From the NCBI GenBank assembly GCA_046351555.1, contig JAXLYI010000006.1, forward strand, positions 250,284-314,283: DNA of 64,000 nucleotides, written 5' to 3'. The notes under the pieces were generated by a model that had not been told where the DNA came from, searched no databases, and saw only the letters and a program-made list of their open reading frames with translations. Below, piece after piece: positions 19,394 to 29,669 of this stretch; the stretch's first letter is position 1, and the number at the start of each line of letters is the position of its first letter. Position numbers and translations under genes: made by a program. Source of the DNA: Polyangiales bacterium (GTDB lineage Bacteria > Myxococcota_A > Polyangia > Polyangiales > Ga0077539).

Positions 19394-20323
19394 ATGAGCG
19401 GCACGGATCGGCCTCGGATCGGCGTGGCGGGACTCGGGATCATGGGCTCGGGGATGGCCGCCAACCTCGTGCGCAAGGGCTTCCCCGTCGCGGTGTGGAA
19501 CCGCACGCGCAAGGCCGCCGACACGCTCGCCGCGCTCGGCGCGAAGGTGGCCGCGACGCCGCGCGCGCTCGCCGAGCAGAGCGACGTGGTGGTGACGTGC
19601 CTCTCGACGCCGACGGTGGTGGGCTCGGTGGCGACGGGCCACGACGGGCTGCTCTCGGGCGTGCGCCCGGGGATGCGCTGGGTCGACACGAGCACCATCG
19701 GCCGCCCCACCGCGCTCGCGATGGCCGAGGCGGCGCGGAAGTACGGGGTGGAGTTCCTCGAGGCGCCGGTGACGGGGTCGAAGCAGGGCGCGCGCGACGG
19801 GACGCTGGTGGTGATGACCGGCGGCGCCTGGGAGACCCACCTCGCGTGTTTGCCTGTGCTCGAGGCGATCGGGTCGAAGGTGATCTACGTCGGGCCGCTC
19901 GGCACCGCCGCGGTGATGAAGCTCATCGGCAACACGGTGATCTCCTTCATGCTCGAGGGGCTCGCCGAGGGCGCCACGCTCGGCGCGCGGGCGGGCATTC
20001 CGTTCGAGAAGATTCTGGAGGTCATCCAGGCCTCGGGCTTCGCCTCGCCCTACTGGAACTTCAAGGGCGGCGCGATGGCCCGCCGCGACTTCGATCCGCA
20101 CTTCTCCATCAACCTCCTGCACAAGGACCAGTCGCTCGCCCTCGCCGAAGCCGCCTGGTACCGCGTGCCGATGCCGGGGCTCGCGGTGATCCAGCAGGTG
20201 ACGGCGACGGCGCGCGCGCTCGGCCACGGCCACGAGGACATCGCCGCGCAGATCAAGGCCGTCGAGGCGATGGCCGGCGCCCCCGAAGGGCGCGTGAGCG
20301 ACCGCCCCTCCGAGCTGCCCTGA
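19394..20323 (+). CDS. NAD(P)-dependent oxidoreductase, 3-hydroxyisobutyrate dehydrogenase family
   Basis: N-terminal GLGIMGSGMAANL Rossmann motif and overall HIBADH-family pattern. Confidence 0.8.
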   Translation: MSGTDRPRIGVAGLGIMGSGMAANLVRKGFPVAVWNRTRKAADTLAALGAKVAATPRALAEQSDVVVTCLSTPTVVGSVATGHDGLLSGVRPGMRWVDTSTIGRPTALAMAEAARKYGVEFLEAPVTGSKQGARDGTLVVMTGGAWETHLACLPVLEAIGSKVIYVGPLGTAAVMKLIGNTVISFMLEGLAEGATLGARAGIPFEKILEVIQASGFASPYWNFKGGAMARRDFDPHFSINLLHKDQSLALAEAAWYRVPMPGLAVIQQVTATARALGHGHEDIAAQIKAVEAMAGAPEGRVSDRPSELP

Positions 20324-20429
20324 GCACCGGCACGCTTCCTGGTAAGAACCTCCCCGAAGCCCGCGGGCGGCGCCGTTGTGCCACCGCGAGCCACGGGCGT
20401 GAAGCCCGCGCAACACCAGGAGCGAGACG

Positions 20430-21356
20430 ATGCGAACGATGCGATGGGTACTGATGGCCGCGCTGGCTGCCGCCGCGGCGGGCTGTGGCAGCGTGGTGGT
20501 TCAGCCCGGGCCCGGCGACGCGGCCGCGGTCGACGTCCCGGCGACGTCCGACACGCCCGCGCCGCCGCCGGACGCGCGGCGCACCTGCACCTCGAGCGCC
20601 GACTGCGCCCCCGGCGAGGAGTGTTACATCGCCGAGGGGTGCGCGGTGCCGAGCGTCTGCGGCCCTGCGCTCGGGCGGCCCTGCACCGACGACCTCGCGG
20701 CCTTCTGCGGCTGCGACGGCCAGACCTTCTCCTCCAGCTCGTCGTGCCCCTCGCGCACCTACGCCCACCGCGGGCCCTGCGAGGCGGCGGACGGCGGCCC
20801 TGGGGGCTGCGCGTTCCCTGACGGGCGCGTGTGCCCCTTCGGGCAGACGTGCCCCGCCGGCGACGGCTGCAACTCGTGCTCGTGCGGCCGCGACGGGACG
20901 ATCGCGTGCACGGGCCTGGCGTGCGTCGACGCGGGGCCGCCGGTGGACGTGCCCGCGCCCGGCTCGTGCCGGAGCGGCGCCGACTGCCCGCCCTCGATGA
21001 TGTGCGACGGCCCGGCCGGCTGCGGCGTGCCCTGGTCGTGCGTGCCGCCGCATCCCTGCACGGCGGACGTCGCGCCCTTCTGCGGCTGCGACGGGGCGAC
21101 CTTCTACGGGAGCTCGAGCTGCCCCGGCCAGATGTACCAGTCGCGCGGCGCGTGCCCCGCGGCGGACGGCGGCGCGGTGGCGTGCCGCGCGCAGGACGCC
21201 CGCGGCGACGGCCTCTGCGACGCCATCTTCGGCTACGCGTGGAACGGCATGACCTGCGTCGTCGTCACCGGCTGCCGCTGCGTCGGCGCCGACTGCGGCG
21301 CGCTCCTCCGCGACCCGGCCGCCTGCCGCGCGCGCTACGCCGCCTGCGGCGGCTGA
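20430..21356 (+). CDS. Cys-rich lipoprotein with two Kazal-like repeats
   Basis: Lipobox AAAAGCGS. The unit CxxGExC ... FCGCDGxTFxxSSSCP ... GxC occurs twice. About 36 Cys in total. Confidence 0.6.
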   Translation: MRTMRWVLMAALAAAAAGCGSVVVQPGPGDAAAVDVPATSDTPAPPPDARRTCTSSADCAPGEECYIAEGCAVPSVCGPALGRPCTDDLAAFCGCDGQTFSSSSSCPSRTYAHRGPCEAADGGPGGCAFPDGRVCPFGQTCPAGDGCNSCSCGRDGTIACTGLACVDAGPPVDVPAPGSCRSGADCPPSMMCDGPAGCGVPWSCVPPHPCTADVAPFCGCDGATFYGSSSCPGQMYQSRGACPAADGGAVACRAQDARGDGLCDAIFGYAWNGMTCVVVTGCRCVGADCGALLRDPAACRARYAACGG

Positions 21357-21399
21357 GCGTTCGTTCGCCCCCCGAACCATCGCCCGACGGCGCCGTCGC

Positions 21400-22027
21400 T
21401 CACCGATGGCGCCAGCGCTCGAGCCAGGCGTGGCGCGCCCACGCGCGGCGCTCGCAGGTGTAGTCGCGGAGGTCGCCGCCGAAGCCGTTCCAGGTGACGA
21501 CGGGGGTGCCGGACGGGGCGGCGGCGAGGGCGTCTTCGACGAAGGTGACGTCGGCGTCGAAGCCGTCGCGGCCGCGGGGCCACGCGAGGTCGATGCAGTC
21601 GCCCTCGTCGAGGTGGTGCTCGGCGAAGGGGTTGAAGAGGTAGAAGCCGTCGTGCGCGGCCCAGTCGACGTCGCGCACGTCGCCGCAGACGAAGCGCGCG
21701 CGCGACGCCCCGAGGGCCCCCGCCGCGGCCCGCGCCGCCTCCACCAGCCACGGCCGCCGCTCGACGCCCGTGAACGCGAGGTCCGTCACCAGCGCGCCCG
21801 CCACGCAGAAGCGCCCCGCGCCCGCGCCGACGTCGAGCACCCGCGTCGCGCCCGCCTCCGCGAGCCACGCGGCCGCCGTCGCCGCCACCTCCACCGGCGT
21901 CGCGTGCTGCGGTCGGAAGCGCCGGAACGCCTCGGGGTACGCGCCGTCGAGCATCGCGTCGGCCGCGTCGCTCCCCGCGCGGATCGACGCCGCCACCGCC
22001 GCCGCCACCGCCGCCGGGTCGGTCACC
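21400..22027 (-). CDS. Class I SAM-dependent methyltransferase (putative)
   Basis: VLDVGAGAGRF motif I. GTG start overlaps the upstream stop (GTGA). The longer listed ORF is N-terminal junk. Confidence 0.5.
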
Positions 22028-23663
22028 GCACGCGCCCCAGGCGCATCGGCCGCACCTCGACGGGCTCGCGCGCGCTGTGCCAGCGCTCGCCTCGGTCGTC
22101 CGACCAGAGCACCGCCGTCGTCGCCCCGCTCGCGAAGAGGACCACCCGGTCGTCGACCGCGAAGAGCCACAGGTCGCGCGCCGAGAGCCCGCCGTGCGCC
22201 GCGTCGTCGTCCACCGCGAACGCCCGCGCCGACGAGAACGCGCGGGGCGCCCCGTGGCGTGCGCGCAGCCCGTCGCCACCGTCGCGCGTCGCCCACACCG
22301 CGACGAGCTCGCCACCAACGCGGACGGCCCGCGCCAGGCCCTCCAGCGCGACCGACGGCGGGCAGTCCCCGCCCCGCTCGCAGCCCTGCGCGCGCGAGGC
22401 GCCGACGAGCGCGGCCCCGGACGCGTCGCACGCGAGCTCCGCGGGGGGCGTGACGGCGTCGAAGCTCCCGACGAGGCGCGGCGCGGCGTCTCCCTCCGCG
22501 ACGACGAGGTGCGCGCGGGCGCCGTCGGTGACGGCGACGTAGGCGACGCCCGGCGCGTGACAGCTCGCGAGGAGCGCGCCCGTCGACGAGAGCCCGGTGA
22601 CGCGAACCGCGGGCGCAGGCGCCGCGTCGTCGAGGCGCCGCGCGTCGAGCGAGGGGGTCGCGTCGGGGCCCGCGACGCCCACCCACCAGCGGGCGCGGCC
22701 GGTGGAGAGGATCGCCGACTCGCGCTGCGCGGGGACGCCGAGCGGCGTGAACGCGCACGCGCCGCCGCGCACGCAGCGGGCGAGGGCCGGCGCGCCGGGG
22801 CCCTCGGCGACCGCGTGGAAGACGTCGCCCGCGACGCGCACCGGGAGGCTCGCGGCGAGGGCGCGGCCGACAATGAACACCGGCGCGTCGGGCGCGTCGG
22901 CCGGCGCGACGGAGGCCGTGGGGAGCCCGCGCAGGAGGAGGGCCTCGGGGCCGTCGTTGCCGACGAGCCAGGACGGGGCGTCGTCGCCCGCACCAAGGCG
23001 GCGGCAGGCGACGGTGACGCCGCGGTCGCGCGAGCGGCAGAAGACGCGCTCGTGGGAGGGCTCGACGAAGAGCACCGAGAGCGTGCCGGCCGACGCGCTC
23101 CAGCCGGCGACGGTGGCGCCCGGCGCGACCGACGCGGGCACGACGTCGCCCGCAGTGCTCGCGAGCGCGTGGGCCTCGGGGACGCGTGGGGCACGCGCGG
23201 GGCCGAGGCCGCGGGAGGCCGCGTGCGCGCGGTCGGCGCGGCGGAGCTCGACGGCGCGCGGCACCCACGCGAAGGCCGCGCCCTCGCCCGCCCCCTCGCG
23301 GAAGGCCGTGATGGCGGCGGGGAGCGCGGCGTCGCCGAGGGCGCGGAGGAGGGCCGCGGCGGCAGCGTTGGCGGGCGAGGCGGCGGCGAGGGCGCGCACG
23401 TGCGGGGCGCAGGCGCCGGGCCACGCGGCGGCGGTGTCGGGGTGGAGCGCGACGCGGCGCGCGCGGGCCGCGAGGTCGCGGTCGGGGAGCCCGGGGGCGC
23501 CGAAGAGGCAGGCGTCGACGGCGGCGGCCGCGTCGTGCGCGCGGACGGCCGCGGCGCGTTCGGCGGCGAGGCGCGCGGTCTCGCGGCGGCGCACGCGGGC
23601 GAGGAGGCCGGCGGCGGCGAGGGCCGCGATTAGCGCGGCGAGCGCGGCGAGGCGGGGGCGCAT
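22023..23663 (-). CDS. Secreted/membrane-anchored hypothetical protein
   Basis: Starts MRPRLAALAALIAALAAAGLL (signal/TM). About 546 aa with normal composition. Confidence 0.45.
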   Translation of the reverse strand: MRPRLAALAALIAALAAAGLLARVRRRETARLAAERAAAVRAHDAAAAVDACLFGAPGLPDRDLAARARRVALHPDTAAAWPGACAPHVRALAAASPANAAAAALLRALGDAALPAAITAFREGAGEGAAFAWVPRAVELRRADRAHAASRGLGPARAPRVPEAHALASTAGDVVPASVAPGATVAGWSASAGTLSVLFVEPSHERVFCRSRDRGVTVACRRLGAGDDAPSWLVGNDGPEALLLRGLPTASVAPADAPDAPVFIVGRALAASLPVRVAGDVFHAVAEGPGAPALARCVRGGACAFTPLGVPAQRESAILSTGRARWWVGVAGPDATPSLDARRLDDAAPAPAVRVTGLSSTGALLASCHAPGVAYVAVTDGARAHLVVAEGDAAPRLVGSFDAVTPPAELACDASGAALVGASRAQGCERGGDCPPSVALEGLARAVRVGGELVAVWATRDGGDGLRARHGAPRAFSSARAFAVDDDAAHGGLSARDLWLFAVDDRVVLFASGATTAVLWSDDRGERWHSAREPVEVRPMRLGRVR

Positions 23664-23692
23664 GGGGCGGCGGTTATAGTAGAGTCCGGCGC

Positions 23693-23986
23693 GTGCGCGC
23701 ACGGTTCCTGTGGCTGGCGGTGGCGTTGGGCGCGTGCGGCGGCGCGCAGCGGCCGCGCGCGGCGGGGTATTACCGCTTCCAGTGCGACCCGCCCGACGCG
23801 CGGGTGATCGTCGACGAGGAGGACCGCGGCGCCTGCTCGCTCTGGTCGACCCGCGCGCTCGGGCTGCGCGCGGGCGTCCACCGCATCCGCGTGGCGCGCG
23901 ACGGCTGGCTCCCGATGGAGTCCGAGGCCACCCCCGCGGGCGGCGTCGTGACGGTGACCGCGCGGCTGCGGCGCGTGCCGGACTGA
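23693..23986 (+). CDS. Small lipoprotein with PEGA-like domain
   Basis: Signal plus Cys. The segment GVHRIRVARDGWLPMESE ... VVTVTARL is PEGA-like. Confidence 0.4.
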   Translation: MRARFLWLAVALGACGGAQRPRAAGYYRFQCDPPDARVIVDEEDRGACSLWSTRALGLRAGVHRIRVARDGWLPMESEATPAGGVVTVTARLRRVPD

Positions 23987-24086
23987 CGGCGGGTGGGGAA
24001 GCACCGGGGCACGGGGCGTGGGCCTTGACGCCAGGGTGCGGCGCGGCGCATCTAGCGGCGCCCCCGTGGAAGGAGGGGGCGCCACG

Positions 24087-25064
24087 GTGAAACACGCGAC
24101 GCGATGGTTCCTGCTCGGCGCGGCGCTCGCTTCGTCGGCGTGCAGCTTCCGCAAGCTGACGGCCGACTCGACGGCGGACCTGCTGCACGCGAGCGCGCCG
24201 CAGTTCAACACGCTCGAAGACCTCGATTTCGCCGAGGAGAGCGCGCCCGCCAACCTCGTCACGATGGAGAGCGTGTGGCACGTGTCGCGCGAGAACGAGG
24301 ACGTCCTCGTCGAGCTCGTGCAGGGCTACGCGGCCTACGGCTACGCCTTCCTCGAAGACCGCCTGGAGCGCGCGCGGGCCGCCGACGACGAGGCCGCCGA
24401 GCAGCGGTACCGGCGGCGGACGCAGGCGGCCTACCGGCGCGCGAAGCTGTTCGGGATGACGCTGCTCGGCGTCCGCGAGTCGGTCGACGGCGGGCCGCAG
24501 GGGCGCGTCGCGGCGGGCCTCGCGGCGTGGCGCGCGTACCTCCGCCGCTTCGACGACCGGGCCGACGTCCCCGCGCTCTTCTGGACGGCCAACGCCTGGG
24601 CGTCGCTCATCGGCGTGTCGGTCGACGACACCGACGCGCTGCTCGACCTGCCCTTCGCCGTCGCGCTCGCCGAGCGGGCGCGCGAGCTCGACCCGGACTT
24701 CGCGCACGGCGCCGCGCAGGCCTTCTTCGGCGTCTACCACGCGAGTACCCCGCAGGCCGCCGGGGGCCGCCCCGACCTCGCGCGCGCCGCGTTCGAACGC
24801 GCGCTGGCCGCGTCGGGCCGCCGCTACCTCACCTGGCAGGTGCTGATGGCGCGGAGCTACGCGGTGATGGTGCAAGACCGCGCGCTCTACCGCGCGCTCC
24901 TCCAGGAGGTGCTCGACGCGGGCGACGTGATGCCCGAGGAGCGCCTCTCCAACCTCGTCGCGAAGCGCCGCGCCGAGCGCTACCTCGCCGAGATCGACGA
25001 GGTGTTCCCCCCCGAGGAGGGCGCCGCCGCGGCGACCCCTTCGACCGCCGGAGAGACGCCATGA
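24087..25064 (+). CDS. TRAP-transporter-associated TatT-like TPR lipoprotein
   Basis: GTG start preceded by GGAAGGAGGGGG. Lipobox LASSAC. TatT-like helical repeat protein. Overlaps DctP by 4 nt. Confidence 0.6.
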   Translation: MKHATRWFLLGAALASSACSFRKLTADSTADLLHASAPQFNTLEDLDFAEESAPANLVTMESVWHVSRENEDVLVELVQGYAAYGYAFLEDRLERARAADDEAAEQRYRRRTQAAYRRAKLFGMTLLGVRESVDGGPQGRVAAGLAAWRAYLRRFDDRADVPALFWTANAWASLIGVSVDDTDALLDLPFAVALAERARELDPDFAHGAAQAFFGVYHASTPQAAGGRPDLARAAFERALAASGRRYLTWQVLMARSYAVMVQDRALYRALLQEVLDAGDVMPEERLSNLVAKRRAERYLAEIDEVFPPEEGAAAATPSTAGETP

Positions 25065-26212
25065 ACGCACGCCCCCTCGGCGCCCTCGCCCCGCTCGCCG
25101 CCGCCGTCACCTGCGTGGCGATCCCGCTCCTCGTGTGGGCCCAGCCCGCACGCCGCGACGCGGGCGCGGCTTTGCGGGACGCGGGCGTTGCACGACCCGA
25201 CGCGGGCCCCGCGCGGCGCGACGCGGGCGCCACCGACGCAACCGCGGGCGCGCCGGCCGACGCCGCGGTTCCGCCGGACGCCGCAGCGAGCGCAGTGCGG
25301 ACGCTCTCGCTCGCGACGCTGGCGCCGATCGGCTCCACCTGGATGCGCACCCTCGAGGCGTGGAACCGCGACCTCCGCCGCCGCACCGGCGCGACGCTCT
25401 CGCTGCGCATCTACCCGAACGGGGTGCAGGGCGACGAGGGCGAGGTGGTGCGCAAGGTCCGCAGCGGTCGCCTCGACGGCGGCGCCCTCACCGCGGTGGG
25501 GCTCGCGCTCATCCACCGGCCCGTGCTCGTCTTCCAGGCGCCCGGGCTCTTCGCCGACGACGCGGCCCTCGACCGCACGCGCGACGCGCTCGCCCCCGAG
25601 CTCGAGGCGGGCTTCGCGCAGGCGGGCTTCGCGCTCGTGGGCTGGGGCGACGCCGGCACCGACCGCGTCTTCTCCGACCGCGCCGTCCGCTCGCCCGACG
25701 ACCTCGCCCGCACCCGGCTCTTCCTCTGGAGCGACGACCTGCTCAGCCCCACGCTCTACGAAGAGCTCCACGTCCGCGGCGTGCCCATGGGCCTGCCCGA
25801 GGTGCTCACGTCGCTCCAGACGCGCACGCTCGACACGGTGATCGCGCCGCCGATCGCCGTCGCCTCGCTCCAGTGGGCCGCGCACGTCACCCACATGACC
25901 GACCTGCGCGTCGCCACCGAGGTCGGCGCGCTGGTGTTCGGCCGGGCGCAGCTCGATTCGCTCTCGCCCGCGCAGCGCGACGCGTTGCGCGAGACGGCGC
26001 GGCAGTACGCCGGGCTCCTCGTGCGCAACGTCCGCCGCGAGGACGACGGCGCCGTCGCCCCGATGCGGGCGCGCGGCCTCGCCGTCGACGCCGTCACGCC
26101 CGCCGAGCGGGCCCGCTGGGAGGCGGCCTTCGCGCGCACCCGCGCCCGGCTCGTCGGCGTGCTCGCGGAGGCGCCCTTCCTCGAGCGCGTCGAGCGGCTC
26201 GCCCGCCCCTGA
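25061..26212 (+). CDS. TRAP transporter solute-binding protein, DctP family
   Basis: Signal peptide and DctP-family pattern (SLATLAPIGSTWMRTLEAWNRDL ... RIYPNGV). No DctQ/DctM genes are adjacent. Confidence 0.7.
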   Translation: MNARPLGALAPLAAAVTCVAIPLLVWAQPARRDAGAALRDAGVARPDAGPARRDAGATDATAGAPADAAVPPDAAASAVRTLSLATLAPIGSTWMRTLEAWNRDLRRRTGATLSLRIYPNGVQGDEGEVVRKVRSGRLDGGALTAVGLALIHRPVLVFQAPGLFADDAALDRTRDALAPELEAGFAQAGFALVGWGDAGTDRVFSDRAVRSPDDLARTRLFLWSDDLLSPTLYEELHVRGVPMGLPEVLTSLQTRTLDTVIAPPIAVASLQWAAHVTHMTDLRVATEVGALVFGRAQLDSLSPAQRDALRETARQYAGLLVRNVRREDDGAVAPMRARGLAVDAVTPAERARWEAAFARTRARLVGVLAEAPFLERVERLARP

Positions 26213-26338
26213 CGCGCGGCGTGCGCCGCGTGCACGGCGCGCACGCCGCGTCGTCCCCTTCGCGTCGCGCTCGCCGCCCATCGTCGGCCGTCGTGCGCGC
26301 TTCTAGGCGCCGCTTTGGGGTGGTAGCGTGCGCGCGCC

Positions 26339-29300
26339 GTGAACGCGCGCAACGATGACGTCGAAGGCCCGCCCGGCGGGACGGCCCCGGCGACCTCCCG
26401 CGAGGCCGTCGACGACCGCTACGCCGCGGACATCCTCGACTCGATGTCGGCCCACGTCGCCGTGCTGGGGTCCGACGGGCGCATCCGCCAGGTGAACCGC
26501 GCGTGGCGGCGCTTCGCGTGCGACAACACCCCCGGCGGGTGCGCGCCCGAGTCCACCGGCCTGGGCGTCGACTACGTGGCCGTCTGCCGGGCCGCGCGCG
26601 GCGACATGAGCCTGGAGGGCGCGCCCGCCGCGGACGGGATCGAGGACGTGCTCCGGGGCCGGCGCGACGCGTTCGAACTCGAGTACCGCTGCGACTCGCC
26701 CACCGAGGAGCGGTGGTTCTCGATGCAGGTGACGCCGTTCTCGCACCCCGGCGCGGGCGCGGTGGTGGCCCACCACGACATCACCGCGCGCAAGGTGGCG
26801 GAGCTGCGCGTCGCGGCCCAGTCGCGCCACGTCGAGCTCGCGCTGTCGGCCGCGCACCTCGGGGTCTGGTCGCTCGACCTCGCGACGGGTCGGCTCGAGT
26901 GGTCGAAGGAGGTGGCGCAGATCGTCGGCCTGAGGGAGCCGCTCCGCCACATCGACGCGTGGCTGCCGCTGCTCCACCCCGACGACCTCGGGCCCATGCG
27001 CAAGAGCTTCTTCGAGGCGGTGGAGCGGCGGCTGCCCTTCACCGCGGAGTTCCGCGTCGTCCGGCCGGACGGCCGCGTGCAGTGGCTCGCGAACCTCGCC
27101 CGCGTGGAGTGCGGCGCGGACGGCGAGGCGACGGGCGTCGTCGGCACCGTCGAAGACATCACCGAGCGCAAGCGCACCGAGTGGACGCTGGTCGCGTACA
27201 ACCGCATCCTCGAGCTCGTCGCCACGGGCGCGGGCCTCCGGCGCACCCTCGAGGAGGTCGTGCGGCTGGTGGAAGAGCTGCTGCCGGGGGCGCTCTGCAG
27301 CGTGCTGGTGGTCGACCCCTCGGCGCAGCGCCTGAGGTTCGGCGCCGGGCCGTCGCTGCCCGACGAGTACAACCGCGCCGTTGACGGCGTGGCCATCGGG
27401 CCGAGCGCGGGCTCGTGCGGCACCGCGGCGCACCGCAAGCAGACGGTGGCGGTCGACGACATCGCGACCGACCCCCTCTGGCGGGACTACCGCGAGCTCG
27501 CGCTGCGGCACGGCCTGCGGTCGTGCGTGTCGGTGCCGATCTTCGGCGGCGGCGACCTGCCGGGCCTGGAGCGCGGCGCCGTGATCGGCACCTTCGCGCT
27601 CTACGGCCGCCGGCCCGGGCCCGTCGCGCCGCTCACGTACGCCGTGCTCTCGGGCGCGGGCCGCCTCGCGCGCGAGGCCATCGAGACGCGCGGCGCCGAG
27701 GGCTCGTCCGCGGCCGCCGCCCAGACCGCGCACGTCGCCGAGGCGGCGAGCCTCGCCGGGATGGCGATCGAGCGCGACCGGGCCGAGCACGCGCTGCGGG
27801 AGGGCGAGGAGCGCTTCCGCGACGTCCTCGACTCCTCGCCGGCCGCCGTGTGCCTCGAGGACCTCGGCGGGGCGTTCCTCTTCGCCAACCGCGCGGCGGC
27901 CGACCTGTTCGGCGTCCCGCGCGCCGGCTGGGCCGGCAAGCGCGCGCGCGACCTGCTCCCGGCGCCCGTGGCCGACGTCTTCGACGCCCGCCGCGCCTCC
28001 GTCCGCGAGGCCGGGCGGCGCGTCGACGAGCGCCTCACGCTGCGCATCGCGCCCGGGCGCGAGGTGACCGTGCTCGCGACGTACTTCCCCCTGATGCGCG
28101 GCAGCGAGGTGTACGCCGTCTGCGGCATCCTCACCGACATCACCGCGCTCGTGAGCGCGCAGCGCGAGCTCCTCCAGCTCTGGGCCCACGCGCCCGAGCC
28201 GCTGTGCGTCGCCCGCCTCGACGGGCGCCTGGAGCAGCTCAACCCCGCGTGGTCGCGCCGCCTCGGGTGGACGGAGGCCGAGCTCCTCGCGCGGCCCTGG
28301 CTCGACCTCGTCCACCCCGACGACCTCGGCGCGACGGAGGCCGCCCTCGGCCGGCTGGCCGGCGGCGCGCCGAGCGAGCGCTTCGAAGCGCGCCTCCGCT
28401 GCGCGGACGGGTCGTACCGGTGGTTCTCCTGGGACACGATCCACGCGCCGGGCGCGCGCGCGATGTACGGCTTCGTCCGCGACGTGACGGAGGAGCGGCG
28501 CCTCGCCGACCAGGTCCGGCAGGTGCAGAAGATGGAGGCGATCGGCCAGCTCGCGAGCGGCGTCGCCCACGATTTCAACAACCTCCTCACCGTGATCAAC
28601 GGGGAGTGCGAGATCCTGCTCGAGGCGATGCCGCGGTCGGACCCGCACCGCGAGCCGCTGCTGGAGGTGCTCTCCGCGGGGCAGCGGGCCGCCGAGCTCA
28701 CCGCGCAGCTCCTCGCCTTCAGCCGCAAGGCCATCGTCGAGCCGAAGGTGGTCGACCCCAACGCCGTCGTGGAGTCGTCGACCAAGATCCTCCGCCGGCT
28801 CATCGGCGAGGACATCGAGCTGGAGACCTCGCTCGGCCCCGTGCCGGCGATCCGCGTCGACCCGGGGCAGCTCGAGCAGGTGCTCATCAACCTCGCCGTC
28901 AACGCGCGCGACGCCATGCCCACCGGCGGCAGGCTGCGGATCGCCACCGGGCCCGCCGACGTGGCGCCCGGCGGCCGCCCGGAGCACGCGGAGCTCGCGC
29001 CCGGGCGCTACGTCGAGCTGAGCCTCGCCGACGACGGGGCGGGGATGGCGCCCGAGGTGAAGGCGCACGTCTTCGAACCCTTCTTCACCACCAAGGGCGT
29101 GGGCAAGGGGACGGGCCTCGGCCTCGCCACCGTGTACGGCATCGTACGGCAGGCGGGCGGCGCGATCTGGGTCGACAGCGAGGCGGGCCGCGGCACCGCC
29201 TTCCACATGCTGTTCCCGCCGGCGCGCGGGGCCGCCGTCGGGTCGCCCCCGGCGCCCGAGGTCGCGCCGCGCGGGACCGAGACCGTCCTCCTCGTCGAGG

Positions 29301-29647
29301 ACGAGGCCGGCGTCCGCAAGGTCGCCCACGCCATCCTCGCGGGCCACGGCTACGAGGTGCTCGACGCGCGCAACGGCGACGACGCCGTCCGCGTCGCCGC
29401 CGCGCACGCCGGCCCGATCCACCTGCTCGTCACCGACGTGGTGATGCCGGGCCTCGGGGGCCGGGCCCTCGTCGACCGGATCCGCGCCGCGCGCGCCGCC
29501 ATCCGGGTGCTCTACATGAGCGGCTACACCGACGACGCCGTCCTCCGCCACGGCGTCGAGGCGTCGCAGGACCAGTTCGTCCAGAAGCCCTTCACGCCGT
29601 CGACCCTCGCCCGCCGCGTGCGCGAGACGCTCGACCACGCGTCCTGA
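26339..29647 (+). CDS. Hybrid sensor histidine kinase (multi-PAS, GAF, HisKA, HATPase, receiver)
   Basis: H-box HDFNNLL. G-boxes GTGLGLATVYGIV. C-terminal receiver LLVEDEAGVR ... LVTDVVMPG. Several PAS-like segments and a GAF domain. Confidence 0.85.
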   Translation: MNARNDDVEGPPGGTAPATSREAVDDRYAADILDSMSAHVAVLGSDGRIRQVNRAWRRFACDNTPGGCAPESTGLGVDYVAVCRAARGDMSLEGAPAADGIEDVLRGRRDAFELEYRCDSPTEERWFSMQVTPFSHPGAGAVVAHHDITARKVAELRVAAQSRHVELALSAAHLGVWSLDLATGRLEWSKEVAQIVGLREPLRHIDAWLPLLHPDDLGPMRKSFFEAVERRLPFTAEFRVVRPDGRVQWLANLARVECGADGEATGVVGTVEDITERKRTEWTLVAYNRILELVATGAGLRRTLEEVVRLVEELLPGALCSVLVVDPSAQRLRFGAGPSLPDEYNRAVDGVAIGPSAGSCGTAAHRKQTVAVDDIATDPLWRDYRELALRHGLRSCVSVPIFGGGDLPGLERGAVIGTFALYGRRPGPVAPLTYAVLSGAGRLAREAIETRGAEGSSAAAAQTAHVAEAASLAGMAIERDRAEHALREGEERFRDVLDSSPAAVCLEDLGGAFLFANRAAADLFGVPRAGWAGKRARDLLPAPVADVFDARRASVREAGRRVDERLTLRIAPGREVTVLATYFPLMRGSEVYAVCGILTDITALVSAQRELLQLWAHAPEPLCVARLDGRLEQLNPAWSRRLGWTEAELLARPWLDLVHPDDLGATEAALGRLAGGAPSERFEARLRCADGSYRWFSWDTIHAPGARAMYGFVRDVTEERRLADQVRQVQKMEAIGQLASGVAHDFNNLLTVINGECEILLEAMPRSDPHREPLLEVLSAGQRAAELTAQLLAFSRKAIVEPKVVDPNAVVESSTKILRRLIGEDIELETSLGPVPAIRVDPGQLEQVLINLAVNARDAMPTGGRLRIATGPADVAPGGRPEHAELAPGRYVELSLADDGAGMAPEVKAHVFEPFFTTKGVGKGTGLGLATVYGIVRQAGGAIWVDSEAGRGTAFHMLFPPARGAAVGSPPAPEVAPRGTETVLLVEDEAGVRKVAHAILAGHGYEVLDARNGDDAVRVAAAHAGPIHLLVTDVVMPGLGGRALVDRIRAARAAIRVLYMSGYTDDAVLRHGVEASQDQFVQKPFTPSTLARRVRETLDHAS

Positions 29648-29669
29648 CCGGGCGCCGCCCCGCGGAGGG

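Noticed and set aside
24083-24097. parS half-site-like acggtgaaacacg
   Set aside because: Only one arm of the TGTTTCACGTGAAACA palindrome is present, and it lies at the TatT start codon.
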